A stretch of 64,000 nucleotides of DNA from Zygnema circumcarinatum SAG 698-1b. Lineage: Eukaryota > Plantae > Zygnematophyceae. Below are positions 50,834 through 63,194 of the stretch, in pieces (the first letter of the stretch is position 1; each line of letters begins with the position of its first letter). The notes beneath the pieces are model-generated. The model saw only the letters and a list, made by a program, of their open reading frames with translations. It searched no databases and was not told where the DNA came from. Both the position numbers and the translations under genes were made by a program. The DNA lies in assembly GCA_037447605.1 (NCBI GenBank), contig CM074823.1, forward strand, positions 1,302,001-1,366,000, given 5' to 3'.

Positions 50834-51475
50834 ATGCTGCCGCCAGCGCGCAGTGAAGCCCTCCCTCTCCCTCTCCCGCTCTCTGCCTCTGTGGGAGGAC
50901 TGAGAGGGGGGGAGGGGGAGGACATGGAGGCAGCCATGGCGGGAGGGGAGGAGTTGGAGATGGTAGCGCTGCTGGAGGATTCGAGGAAGGCGGAGGAGGG
51001 AGGGGGAGGAGTGGGAGAGGGAGTGGGAGTGGGAGGAGGAGGGGGAGGAGGAGGGCTCACTCCGAGGGCCGTGGGAAAGAGGTCGAATGAAAAGGTGAGG
51101 ATTTAGGGTTTAAAGCTTCAGGGTTTTGAGATTTTGGAGTACTGAGTTCGTCTCTCTCTCCTTCTCACTCCCCCTTTCTCTCTCGTCTCTCTCTCTCACT
51201 CTCTCTCTCTCCCTCTCTCTCTCCCCTCTCTCCCCCATTCTCTCTTCCCTCCCTCTCTCTCCCTCTCTCTCCCTCTTTCTCTCTCTCCTCTTCTCTCTCC
51301 CTCTGTCTCCTCTTCTCTCTCTGTCCCCCCCTCTCTCTCTCTTCTCTCTCCCCTCTCTCTCTCCCTCTCCCTCCCCCTTTCTCTCTCCCCTCTCTCTCTA
51401 TCGCTCTCCCTCTCTCCCTCTCTCCCCCTCCCTCTCTCTCCCCCTTCCTCTTCAGGATCGAGAAGATTCTGGAAA
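50834..51475 (+). CDS. Possible 5' end of an unknown gene, cut by the 100-N gap
   Basis: ORF MLPPARSEA...GKRSNEK with donor aag|gtgagg at ~51095, a CT-rich intron and acceptor cttcag at ~51456; no recognisable domain. Confidence 0.3.
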
Positions 51476-52010
51476 NNNNNNNNNNNNNNNNNNNNNNNNN
51501 NNNNNNNNNNNNNNNNNNNNNNNNNNNNNNNNNNNNNNNNNNNNNNNNNNNNNNNNNNNNNNNNNNNNNNNNNNNGGAGAGGGAGGGAGGGGAGGGAGGG
51601 AGGGGAGGGAGGGGGAGGAACAGGAGGGGAGGGGAGGGAGAGGAGGGAGAGAAGGGGAGGGGAGGGGAGGGAGGGGAGGGAGGAGGAATAGGAGGGGAGG
51701 GAGGGGAGAGAGCGGAGGGGAGGGAGAGGAGGGGAGGGGAGGGAGGGAGAGGAGGCGAGGAGAGGTGGGAGAGGAAGAGAGAGGGGGAGGGAGGGGGGGG
51801 AGGGAGACAGAAAGGGGGGGAGAGAGAAAGTTAAAGAATTGGAGAATCTCCCTTGGTTGTGAAAAACAAAGAAAAACGAATTAAAAAATCTTGTAGGCTC
51901 ACGTTAGCACAAACATCTAACTTGAACCATATCTTTGTTAACAAGCTTTCTTTTTCGAAAAAAATGTATTAAAAAATGGAAATTTTGAGTCATAGACGGA
52001 GCCAACTTAC

Positions 52011-52124
52011 CATCATGGCGGTGTACCCGGCAGCTCCCGCGAGGAGTTCGTAGCTGACCCTGTCCCCATACTTGGCATTGTACACCTTTTCAACGGTCTC
52101 CTCCACCTCGCCCCATCCTAACAT
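52011..52124 (-). CDS. CipC/DUF3759-like gene, copy 1, exon 1 only (the rest is lost at the 100-N gap)
   Basis: MLGWGEVEETVEKVYNAKYGDRVSYELLAGAAGYTAMM with donor gtaagt; 114 nt like its paralogues; intron sequence homologous to that of copy 2. Confidence 0.7.
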
Positions 52125-52404
52125 GGAGGGGGTCTGAGCAATGTATGGTATGGAAATGTATGGAAAGCTTGAATCGAAGGAATGCTACCTAGAGAACGGA
52201 GAGTTTAGAGGTTGAAGATTGCAGGAGGGGGGAGGTGGGGGCAGAGAGAGATGGAGTGGGAGAGGGGGGAGACAGAGGGAGAGGGATAGAGAAGGGGAAA
52301 CGAAGGGTAGGGAGAGGGAGGGGGGGGGGGGAAGGGAGGGAGCGGGAGCGGGACGGGGGAAGCGGGAGAAGAGGGAAAGAGGTAGGAGCGGGTGAAGAGA
52401 GAGA

Positions 52405-52709
52405 GGGTGGATTTCCATCAGCCCGTTTCATAACGAGCTCGTTACGGTCCACGTAGGATGCGGTTTTGCAGATGAAACGAGTTCCATCAAAACGCCGTGC
52501 GCCTGCCACGCTGGCTATCTTTGGTAGCCACGTGGCGGCACGCGAATGGTCGTAATGGCGTTACCACCACCTCCGGAGCAGCGAATGATGCTTCGTTACC
52601 ACGTGGCAGCCACGTCGGCGCCATGTTGGCGGGAACGGCCTCATGGAACCCATGGGTCGTCGTCCATTACGACGCCACGTCGGAATAACGGGCTGATGGA
52701 AACCCACCC
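52405..52709. mobile_element. PIF/Harbinger-like MITE (family of 41888-42211) upstream of CipC-like copy 1
   Basis: gggtggatttccatcagcccgtt ... aacgggctgatggaaacccaccc; absent at the homologous position upstream of copy 2; TSD unclear. Confidence 0.75.
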
Positions 52710-53542
52710 CTTAGATTGATGATGTGGCGTAATCTCATTGGAGGAGGGCTTTCAGAATGAAATCTTGGAAACTTCTCCCGAGAGGGCAAATGTCAGACTT
52801 CCGGAAAGAATTCCAGTAAAACTGAAAGGAATATCAGCTGTAAATCGAATACCAGAACGAGTCTGTGGTGAGATTGTGACCAACTTCCAAAGAAGTACGT
52901 GTTCTGAATAATATTTGGCACTACAGGGGAACTTTTCCCGTTCGATTTTGACGACCTCCAGTCTGATATGCCCTTGTGAACATAATTTTTATTGAAATAT
53001 TTTTTCCCCCCTCCGGGCAGGTACGTTCGCGAATGTGATTGGCTGGATCGGGTTCGGATTTCGGGTTTGACAGAAAGGAGGAGCTCTCTATGCTTTCAAT
53101 TCAAAAGTCGTTTTATGCTCGCTGACTGCATATGGTAAATGCTGCTACTCTCACGGTAAGAATCAGTACCTTATCCCCGGGAGAGAGCGAGAGGGAGAGT
53201 GAGGGAGAGTGAGGGAGAGGAGGGGGTTGGGTGAGGGTGAAGAGAGCGGAAAGGGGGCAAAGGAGAGAGTGTGAGAGGGAGATGGAGTTGGAAGGGAGAG
53301 GTACAGAGAGCAGGAGGTATGGAGACGACAAGGGTAGACGATAAAGACTGAGAAGAGAGAGTGAGGAGAGAGAGAGAGAGGGAGAGAGAGAGTGAGGAGA
53401 ACAGAGACCGGACAAGTTGTGCCAAATTTGACTACCCAAAAAAGTACAAGTAATTAAGTAAAAGAAGTACCGAAAAAAAATGTACACAGTTTTGAAACTC
53501 GGGTCTCTCTATCCCTCTCTCCACCTTGTTCCNNNNNNNNNN

Positions 53543-54754
53543 GGGGGGGGGGGAAGGGAGGGAGCGGGAGCGGGACGGGGGAAGCGGGAGAAGAGGGAAA
53601 GAGGTAGGAGCGGGTGAAGAGAGAGAGGGTGGATTTCCATCAGCCCGTTTCATAACGAGCTCGTTACGGTCCACGTAGGATGCGGTTTTGCAGATGAAAC
53701 GAGTTCCATCAAAACGCCGTGCGCCTGCCACGCTGGCTATCTTTGGTAGCCACGTGGCGGCACGCGAATGGTCGTAATGGCGTTACCACCACCTCCGGAG
53801 CAGCGAATGATGCTTCGTTACCACGTGGCAGCCACGTCGGCGCCATGTTGGCGGGAACGGCCTCATGGAACCCATGGGTCGTCGTCCATTACGACGCCAC
53901 GTCGGAATAACGGGCTGATGGAAACCCACCCCTTAGATTGATGATGTGGCGTAATCTCATTGGAGGAGGGCTTTCAGAATGAAATCTTGGAAACTTCTCC
54001 CGAGAGGGCAAATGTCAGACTTCCGGAAAGAATTCCAGTAAAACTGAAAGGAATATCAGCTGTAAATCGAATACCAGAACGAGTCTGTGGTGAGATTGTG
54101 ACCAACTTCCAAAGAAGTACGTGTTCTGAATAATATTTGGCACTACAGGGGAACTTTTCCCGTTCGATTTTGACGACCTCCAGTCTGATATGCCCTTGTG
54201 AACATAATTTTTATTGAAATATTTTTTCCCCCCTCCGGGCAGGTACGTTCGCGAATGTGATTGGCTGGATCGGGTTCGGATTTCGGGTTTGACAGAAAGG
54301 AGGAGCTCTCTATGCTTTCAATTCAAAAGTCGTTTTATGCTCGCTGACTGCATATGGTAAATGCTGCTACTCTCACGGTAAGAATCAGTACCTTATCCCC
54401 GGGAGAGAGCGAGAGGGAGAGTGAGGGAGAGTGAGGGAGAGGAGGGGGTTGGGTGAGGGTGAAGAGAGCGGAAAGGGGGCAAAGGAGAGAGTGTGAGAGG
54501 GAGATGGAGTTGGAAGGGAGAGGTACAGAGAGCAGGAGGTATGGAGACGACAAGGGTAGACGATAAAGACTGAGAAGAGAGAGTGAGGAGAGAGAGAGAG
54601 AGGGAGAGAGAGAGTGAGGAGAACAGAGACCGGACAAGTTGTGCCAAATTTGACTACCCAAAAAAGTACAAGTAATTAAGTAAAAGAAGTACCGAAAAAA
54701 AATGTACACAGTTTTGAAACTCGGGTCTCTCTATCCCTCTCTCCACCTTGTTCC
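53543..54754 (+). repeat. Copy of 52321-53532 across a 10-N gap (probable assembly overlap)
   Basis: Identical ORFs at offset 1222 (53113/54335, 52497/53719). Confidence 0.85.
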
Positions 54755-56508
54755 TTTTTTCCTATCTTTCTCTTTTTTCTTTGTTCTTTTAATCCCTAAT
54801 ATTCCATTTTTTTTTTCCTTTTTTTCCCAGGACGGAGGAAATACGTACGCTTTTGTGACAAAAGCTAACGTCACTTTTTGTAAAACAGATCAATCTCAGA
54901 TTGCGGTTCTCTCCGGAGGCTCGAGATTCGAAAGCTGCACCTTCTGCCCCGCATAGTCTCTCCCTGTCTCTCTCCGTCTCTCTCTGTCTTTCTCCGTCTC
55001 TCCCTCCCTCTCTACCGCTCTCTCTCTTGCTCCTATCTCCCTCCTCTCTCTCTCGCTCTCCCCCTCTCCTCTCTCTTTTTCTCTTTCTCTCTCTTGCCTC
55101 TCTCTTTCTCTCTGCCTCCCTCTCTCTCACGCACATTCTCTTTCACTCTCGTGCCCCTTTCCTCGGCCCATCTTACCCTCCCTTTTCTCTTAATCCTCTC
55201 TCCCCCTCCTTTTGGCTTCCCTCTCCCTCCCACCCCCCACTTCCCCTTCCTTTCCCTCTCTCCCTCTCCCTCTCCCCCTCCCCCACTTCTGGCCAAGCGA
55301 GGCTGCTGCCTCGTAGCATTTGGGAAATTTCTCGTTCCTGAAATCAGCGGAGGCGAAGAACAAAATATTTTTTCCCTTTTTTTTTGGATTTTGTGCTTTT
55401 TGTTTTTAAGATCAGAGGGACATTTCAACTCGGAAATAATTAGGGGCAAACTTGAAATAATAAAAGCAAGGTCCGATTCTTAGGGTTGATGAAAAAGGTT
55501 TTTCTGGGCAGAATAATTCTTGACCCATTTTCATTCAAACTTTCGTACATTCGATTTTTTCTTTTTGGGTGGGGAGTTCGAAAAGGGTTTAGGGCTTTAG
55601 CAGCCTTGGGTTTGGTATCAGGTTTAGGGTTTATCGGAGGTTCTACTCAATATATCGTTGAAAATATCCTTCTGCAACTTTTCTCAAAACAATTTCTAAA
55701 GAAATTTTTGCAAAGAAAACAAATTAGGATGTTATTTGATGTCAGGGCCTGGTCGTGAAAGGAATTGTCTCCATGAAATGATCTTCTCTTCCTCTCCTAC
55801 CTCTTACCCTCCCCACCCAACTCGCCCTCCCTCCCTATCTCTGTCGCCGTCACTCCCACTCACTTCTTATTGGTGTCATCTCCCTCTCTCGCCCTCTTCC
55901 ACTCTCCCTCCCTCCATCCAACCCTCTTTGTCTCTCTTTTCTTCCCCTTCCACCCGAGTCATTATTCCTCTTCCTCTCCCCTTTTCACTCCCCTTACCTG
56001 TCCATCCCCTCCGTCTCACTCCCTCCTTTTCTCCCCGTCTCGCCTCTCTCCCTCTTTCTCTCCCTCTCATGCCTTCCCCGTCTCCTTCCCCCTCCCTCTC
56101 CTCCCCCTCCCTCTCCTCTTCTTTCTCTGTTCATGTCCCTCCCCCCTTTAACCGCATACATCAGCAAATGGAAGTCTTCCGATTAACCCGAACACGGAGG
56201 TAAAAGGCACAGAAGTCAGACAAAAAGAGAGAGAAATACACATAAGAAATAAAGTGGATGCAATTACTGGCACGCGCATGTGTTCGCATCTCAATATTGG
56301 GTAAAAAAACTTTCGTTGAACACTCAATTTACAACCGCCTCAAACAGGAGGGGTGGAGTGGGGAGAGAGTGGGAGAGAGAGAGGGAGAGGGAGGGAGAGA
56401 GAGAGACAGAGAGAGAGAGAGAAGAAAGGGGCACACGAGAGAGTACAGTAGCACAGCTTCTATATAGCACTACGTGAAATGTATCGCGCCGCCATATCAT
56501 TGCAATTT

Positions 56509-58169
56509 TCAAAAAATATCGTCTAACCAGCCCTTCCATGTGTCATCATCTCCGTTATTGAATTTCTCGTCCGCGAGTTGATTAACCTGCTCGATGGCCT
56601 GCTTTTTTGCCTCGTCTCTGCGGTAAAAAAAACAAAAAAAGGAAAGGAAAAAAAGAGAATTGTCAAGAACGAAGGCGGATTCAGAAACTAAGTAATTCTG
56701 TAAATGATAAAAAGGCATTCAAATAAATGCTTCTTCGAAAGAAGAAATCAAGGATCAACATTTGAGGTTAGAGGGGGTGGCATCGAACTTGTCGAGATAA
56801 TCGAGCGCTTTATCTTCGATGAGTTTTTCCGCCTCCGCCGCCGCAATGCCCGCAAGAATTTCCTTGAAGAGAGCAAAGGACTGAGGGCGGCCTGTGGCTG
56901 CTAAGAACTTGTGGTAGGTCTGCGGGAGGGAGGGGAGGGACATGAGGGGAGGGAGGGAGGGAGGCGAAGGAAAGGAGGAGAGGAGGGAGGGAGGGAGGGA
57001 GGGAGGGAGGAGGGAGGGAAGGGAGGGGAGGGAGGAGGGAGGGAGGGAAGGGAGGGGAGGGAGAGGAGGGAGGGAAGGGAGGGAAAGGAGGGAGAGGAGT
57101 GAGGAGGGGAGGGAGGGAGAGGAGGGGAGGGGAGGGAGAGGAGGGGAGGGAGGGAGGGAGGGAGGGAGGGGAGGGAGGGAGGAAGGAGGGGAGGGAGGAG
57201 GGAGGAGGAGGGGAGGGAGGAGGAGGAGGAGGAGGAGGGGAGGGAGGAGGAGGGAGGGAGGAGGGAGGGAGGGAGGAGGGAGGAGGAGGGAGGGAGGAGG
57301 GAGGGAGGGGAGGGAGGAGGAGGAGGGGAGGGAGGGAGGGAGGGGAGGGAGGGAGGGAGGAGGGAGGGAGGGAGGGAGGGAGGGAGGGGAGGGGAGGGAG
57401 GGAGGGAGGGAGGAGGGAGGGAGGGAGGGAGGAGGGAGGGAGGAGGAGGGGAGGAGGAGGGGAGGGAGGAGGGGAGGAGGGAGGGAGGAGGGAGGGAGGG
57501 AGGGAGGGAGTGGAGGAGAGGGAGGCGAGGGAAAGGGGGTAGAGCAGGGAGGGGAGGAGAGGTGAGGAGAGGAGGGAGGAGGGGAGGTAGAGGTGAGGGA
57601 AGGGTGGGAGGGAGAGGAGGGAGGGAGGAGGAGGGAAGGAGGGCGAGGAGTGGAGGGAGGAGGGAGGGAGAGGATGGGAGGGAGGGAGGGAGGGAGGAGG
57701 GAGGGAAGGGAGGGGAGGGAGGGGAGGGAGGGGAAGGAGGAGGGACGGAGGGAGGGAGAGGATGCGAGGGAGAGGAGGGAGAGGAAAAGAGTGGGGGAGG
57801 GAGGGGAGGGAGGGGAGGGAGAGAGAGTTAGGGGGGGAAAGAGCGAATAAAGTTAGACAATTGGAGAATCTCCCTTCGTTGTGAAAGACAAAAAAAAAAC
57901 GAATTAGAAACTCTTGTAGGCTCAAGTTAGCACAAACATCGAACTTGAACCATATCTTTGTTAAACAAGCTTTCTTTTTCGAGGTTGTCGTCGTATTCGA
58001 CCCGTTTGTATTCAAAAGTGGGACCTTTGAGTCGTAAACGGAACCCGTAACTTACCCTCATGGCGGTGAACCCGGCAGCTCCCGCGACGAGTTCATGGCT
58101 GAGCTCGCCATCGTGCTTGTCATTGTATACCTGGTCGGCGGTCTCCTCCGCCTCTCCCCATCCGAACAT
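56509..58169 (-). CDS. CipC/DUF3759-like small protein, copy 2, 117 aa
   Basis: Exons 58169-58056, 56919-56789, 56617-56509; MFGWGEAEETADQVYNDKHDGELSHELVAGAAGFTAMRTYHKFLAATGRPQSFALFKEILAGIAAAEAEKLIEDKALDYLDKDEAKKQA... Confidence 0.82.
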
Positions 58170-59029
58170 GGCGGGGCTCTGAACACTGTATGGAAATGGA
58201 AATGTGTGGAAAGCTCAGATCGAAGGGATGATATCTAGAGAACGGAGAGCTTAGAAGTTGAAGATTGGAAGGGGAGGGAGGTGGGGCAGAGAGAGATGGA
58301 GTGGGAAAGGGGGGAGGTAGAGGGGGGAGATAGAGGACGGGGGAGAGAGGGTATGGGAGCGGGAGAGGGAGAGAGGAAGAGGGAGAGAGGGAGAGTGGGA
58401 GAGGGAGGGGGAGCGGGAGTAAGAATGGGAGTGAGAGCGGGAGTGGGACTTTTGAGTGAGAGGAGGACTGTGCGGCAAGTGCTTGAGAGGTGCCTTTAAG
58501 TGGAAGCGCAATATTATGGCTCGTTTGGGAAGGCGGGGTTCAAGGTTACGGGCACATATAATATTTATGACTTGGCGGAATCTCATTGGAGGAGGGGCTT
58601 TCAGAATGAAATCTTGGACTTTCCCCGATAGGACGCATGTCAGACTTACGGGAATATTTCCAGTAAAATTGAAAGAAAAATCAGGTCTAAATTGAATACC
58701 AGAACGAGTACTATAATAAAATAGTGACCAGTGTGCATTAACATACTTGTTCTGAATAATCTTTGGAGCTACAGAGGAATTAGTTCCGTTCGATTTTGAC
58801 GTCCTCCAGTCTGATATGCCCTTGTTGACCTGTTTTGAATTTTTTTTCTAAAATAGTTTTTCCATTTCGGGCAGGTGCGTTCGCGGATGTGATTGGGTGG
58901 ATTGGATCACCACAAGGGTGAAACTTTTCTAAGAAAAAATATACAAAAATGTTTTTCTAGAGTTTGACTGCACTTGACCCGGGCAAAATTTGTTTTTGTT
59001 TTTCTGGAGAGTGGCCGAAAATTTTGTGT

Positions 59030-59460
59030 GTGACACGTGACGCGCTTTGAAGCGAGGTTCGGGCAGTTGCGGACACGTGGGAATCTACGTGGCGTGCTCA
59101 GAATTTTCGCAGGGCATCTCTGCGACGTCATACGAAGCGTCGCACAGGAAAGAGGCGAACGTGATTGGTTATCACGATGTCGTAGGGAGTCGTTAGCCAA
59201 TCACGTTACGCCACGTCAGTCCCATAAGAGTGCCACGTGGCGCCGCTTGGCAGGTGGATACACGACAAAACAAGTTCGGTCGTTGGAAGACGAGTCCATG
59301 TGTCAGTGTTTTATTGGTGAATTGTTGTTGCATACACGTGGATGGTGTTCATTGGATGTACATGAACTGTTTTTTGGAAGGTAGCGCTTCGCCCGGTTGG
59401 GACCGGCTTACTGCCACGTGGAGGCTGTACAGGAAGATAACTGGGTACACGTGGCAGGCT
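59030..59460. promoter_or_regulatory. G-box/ABRE cluster between the divergent CipC-like genes
   Basis: CACGTG at 59034, 59074, 59234, 59335, 59415 and 59448, plus TACGTGGC (59086) and CCACGTCA (59211). Confidence 0.5.
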
Positions 59461-60167
59461 CTGATACGCTGGTGTGTTGGAAAATATCGTTAGTTGACTC
59501 TAGAGGAGTCGGACGGTCCAGGTTGCTGCCGCGTCAGGGCAGGTGAACACCTGTCCGGGCAGGAGGCGAAATGTTTAAAATCTTGAAATAAAAATAAAAA
59601 TTAGTTTGAAGTCAATAGGCAGGCTTAGGAAGGGTTTTTTTTTGTGGAATGTTCCAGGGAGCCAATAGATGAGCGAAATGTTGATTTGGGCAGCAAATCA
59701 CGGGCAGGAAAAATGAAATGTCACATTTCCTGGGTCAAGCGGCAGTTTGGCCGTCCAAGATTTGAGAACTTTCGGGCAGCAAATCACGAGAAGTATTTTA
59801 TTTTTCTGTCGGACATTTCGGGCAGTACAGCAGTTCGGTCAGAAAAAAAAAGGAGTCTCGTCTGTTGTGTCGAAAGTATTCCGATTATTCTAACTTCGGG
59901 CAGCTCACAGCGGGCAGTCAATTTGTTTTTCTAGGAAACGTTCGGGCAGACCAAACGTTCGGGCAGATCTAAGAAACTTCATTTTTGGCCTTCCAATGTC
60001 CCAATTAACTACTATATATGCTCATTGAGCCCTGCAATCTGCGTGATTCCTGGAAGAAGTTTTGCAACTCTTCTCCTGCAAGAGCTCCTGCTCTCCTTGC
60101 TCTCTACTTTCGCTCTCCCTTTCTCTCTCTCTATCTCTCTCTCTCTGCATATACAGAGTCCGTGAAG

Positions 60168-61223
60168 ATGTTTGGATGGGGAGATGCCGAGGAGGCGGAG
60201 GACAAGGTGTACAACGACAAGCACGAGGGCTCCTTCACGCACGAGCTCATCGCAGGAGCTGCAGGCTTCGCCGCAATGAAGGTCGGTCTATGTCCATGTT
60301 TAAACCAGCGTGTAAATGTCTCATCTTTGGTGAATATGGAAGTCGACAAGGAGCTGGTTTTGGAGCAGTGTTTAGTGATTGCAGTCGTCAATAATCTTCA
60401 TTTGTGTTAATAATGATTCGCACTTCCCTTCGAATGTATGATTTGCTTTGCAGTCATTGAGTGCTGTGTGCGTGTTGAAGACGTTGATTCATGTTTCTCA
60501 TAGTTTTTTTGAAAGGTTAAGGAGCAGCAAGGCCTTCAAGCTTTCTCTTCTTTCTCTTGTTCCCCCTCTTCCGCTCTCTCCCTCCTCTCCCTTTCCCCGA
60601 CTCTCTTTTTTCTCTCTCTACCTCTCTATCTGCCCCTTCTCTCACCCTCTCTTTGTATCAATATGTGCTGACCTTGAAATCTGTTTGTTCGAGCAGGCGT
60701 ACAACGACCACCAGGAAAAGAACGGCAAGCCGCAGTCATATGAGCTCTTGAAGGAGATCCTCGCCGGCATTGCTGCGGCGAAGGCAGATGAGCTCATGGA
60801 GACTAAGGGCCTCGACTACTTGGACAGGTGACAACGCATTCTACCCTGCAGAAATGATGAGGGGAGAGAGAGAGGGGGGGGGAGAGAAAGAGAGGCGGGG
60901 AGACAGAGAGGCGGGGAGAGAGGGGGGGAGAGATTGGGGGAGATTGATGAGGGAGACTGAGGGTGAGGGGGAGGAAGGTAGAAAGTGAGGAAGTGGGACG
61001 GGGAGAGGGGAAGGGGGGAGAGGGGGTGAGAGAGAGATAGAGAGTCGTTCTCCCAGTGAAAGTTGGTAGTGATGACTGTTTTCCTCCTAAAAGTTGGTCT
61101 GGTACCTAACCCATGGTTTATTGTTTTGGACGGTGCAGGGACAAGGCGAGGGAGCAGGCAGTGGTGCAGGCGAAGGCGCTTGCAGATGAGAAGTACAAGG
61201 GCGGAGATGAAGGCTGGTTCTAA
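60168..61223 (+). CDS. CipC/DUF3759-like small protein, copy 3, 109 aa
   Basis: Exons 60168-60281, 60697-60827, 61139-61223; MFGWGDAEEAEDKVYNDKHEGSFTHELIAGAAGFAAMKAYNDHQEKNGKPQSYELLKEILAGIAAAKADELMETKGLDYLDRDKAREQA...; intron positions match copy 2. Confidence 0.88.
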
Positions 61224-62689
61224 GTCACGGCGTCACCGCAGCTGTAAATTACGTGTACAATGTTCATATGTTCAGTAGAGAGGAACAGATTGGAGGAACT
61301 TAATTGTGCACAGGAAGGGGGTCATATTGAGTATGCAGAGTGAGAGGTGGTTAAATTGTTGAGAGCAGGCTGAAATTCACAGCTTTTTGGTTCAATTAAA
61401 TGAAACGTTTCCATTGTGAATTCTCTTCGTCTCCCGTGAGACGTGGTGCTGGTGATGGTGGTGTTTATTCCTCGAATGGTTTTGAATTTTTGTGGAGACG
61501 TCGGAATGCTGGCGTGATTCTGAATGGGTGTGAGGAAAATACAGAACTGAGGGAGAGGGAGAGGGAGAGCAAGGAAGCCCCTCTTTGTCGTACAAAATTA
61601 CATGTTTGAGAACTAAAAACCTGCTCAAGTCTCCGTAAAAAATTCCGAATGGGAAGATGATTAGTTACTTTTGTACTAGAGCCGTAATCTAAAATGAAAG
61701 AAATAAGGCAACGAATGATCAATTCACTTGATCGAAAGCATGTCGAAAACGTTTCGAATCTTTGATTCGTACGATAAAGTTGAACAAAATATCGCTCAGA
61801 TTTTTCTATCGAGCTGATAAATCTGGAGAGAATAAACTTTAGATGCTTCGAAGCTTTAGGTTGTTTTCAAGATATTTTAGCAATCGAACGTTTAAGCACA
61901 GACTGATCTCACGTCTGCAGCAACCCCAAAGGCACTAAAGATGCGCAGTCTTCCAAAAAATCCCATTCCCCTTCAAAATATCGGAACTGGATTGTACGAC
62001 CTGCGACGATCTGAGCATAAGGTGGTCATTGCACTCGCAATGGTTGGTCGCGCGCCGGACCAACCATTGATTCAAACAATTGCCGGAAACAGAGGTTAAA
62101 TTCAGAGGTTAACAATCATCGCCAACGGTTGGAACCATCGATTGGCAGACCAACCAGCCCCACTGCCAATGATTGCGACCACCATTGCCCTGGCTACGAA
62201 CGATTGACCGTGACCAATCGTTGGCCAGCCATTGGTCACGGGCCAACCATTGGTCCAAAGCCAGATCCAGCAGTTAGGGATCCGTTGTTAAACGCCCGTC
62301 GACCGTTTTTCCCGTTTCCCGTATTTTGTCGTTTTGAGACTCGACACTAACCAGAGGCAGTCGGTTTCTCTGCCAAGGGCCGGAACCCATTTGAGGGCAC
62401 AACATTATGGAAAACTTGGACTAGTGACAGGATGATACGTGTCAGTTTATAACTTGACAAGCTCTAATTGGTGCATCCTCCATGTTTTTCGATCGGATCC
62501 CATGAAGCTCGATGTAAACACTCCAAAAGGAACTAGCACAAAAAACAAAAAAAAAAAAAAAAAAAAAAAAAACNNNNNNNNNNCCCTCCCTCACTCCCTC
62601 CCTCCCTCCCTCACTCCCTCCCTCCCTCCCTCCCCTCCCTCCCCTCCCACCCTTCCCCCCCTCCCTCCCTCTCCTCCCTCCTCTTTCCC

Positions 62690-63194
62690 TCACCCACAGA
62701 GAGCTGCTATAGCGAACGTCTCCGTAAGGGCCAGCGTTCCCGTCAACGCCCAGTAGAACCGCACCCATGTGAAGGTCGAAATGTACGGCAAAACTAACCC
62801 TAAAAACAGAACGGCTCGCTCATAGAACGTCGGCGTCGGCGTGGTCCTCGCCCCCGCGAGCCGAACTAGTTCCATGACAGTTAGCGGCTGTAAGCGTTGC
62901 GGAGTATTCATTACCACATTGTCAACTCTGTGCTCATAAATCTTCCCCTCCTTGTCGAGTTTATATTCCGAAGTTCCGTCAAAGTGTCCCTGGGCTTCCC
63001 AGGGGACACGTGGCAGCCCACGGACCGACCATCTCACCGTGATGACCTTATCGGACGGCTGCCAGACGCGCACCACATCGACCCAAAGGGCTCGGAAAAA
63101 GATGCGTCCATGGAAACGGAGGGCCCAAAAAATAAGTTTGTAATTGTCAATTCCCGAGAAGGAATTGAGAGGGTCCCTGAAGGTGATGTCGTCC
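62690..63194 (-). CDS. DUF2358 (SnoaL/NTF2-like) conserved plant protein, 3' exon; 5' exons not identified in the window
   Basis: Acceptor tgcag at 63195-63196; DDITFRDPLNSFSGIDNYKLIFWALRFHGRIFFRALWVDVVRVWQP..VRWSVRGLPRVPWEAQGHFDGTSEYKLDKEGKIYEHRVDN. Confidence 0.8.

Noticed and set aside
50834-52124. Fusion or overlap of the 50834(+) ORF with CipC-like copy 1
   Set aside because: They are on opposite strands and separated by the 100-N scaffold gap; both are simply truncated there.
52321-54754. 1.2-kb tandem duplication including a MITE
   Set aside because: Identical copies either side of a 10-N gap; assembly overlap.
56810-58015. 401-aa Pro/Ser/Leu-rich (extensin-like) ORF and similar ORFs at 47066, 4657 and 8942
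   Set aside because: They lie in GA/CT microsatellite introns or minisatellites; 56810-58015 is within the CipC-like copy 2 intron 1 region.
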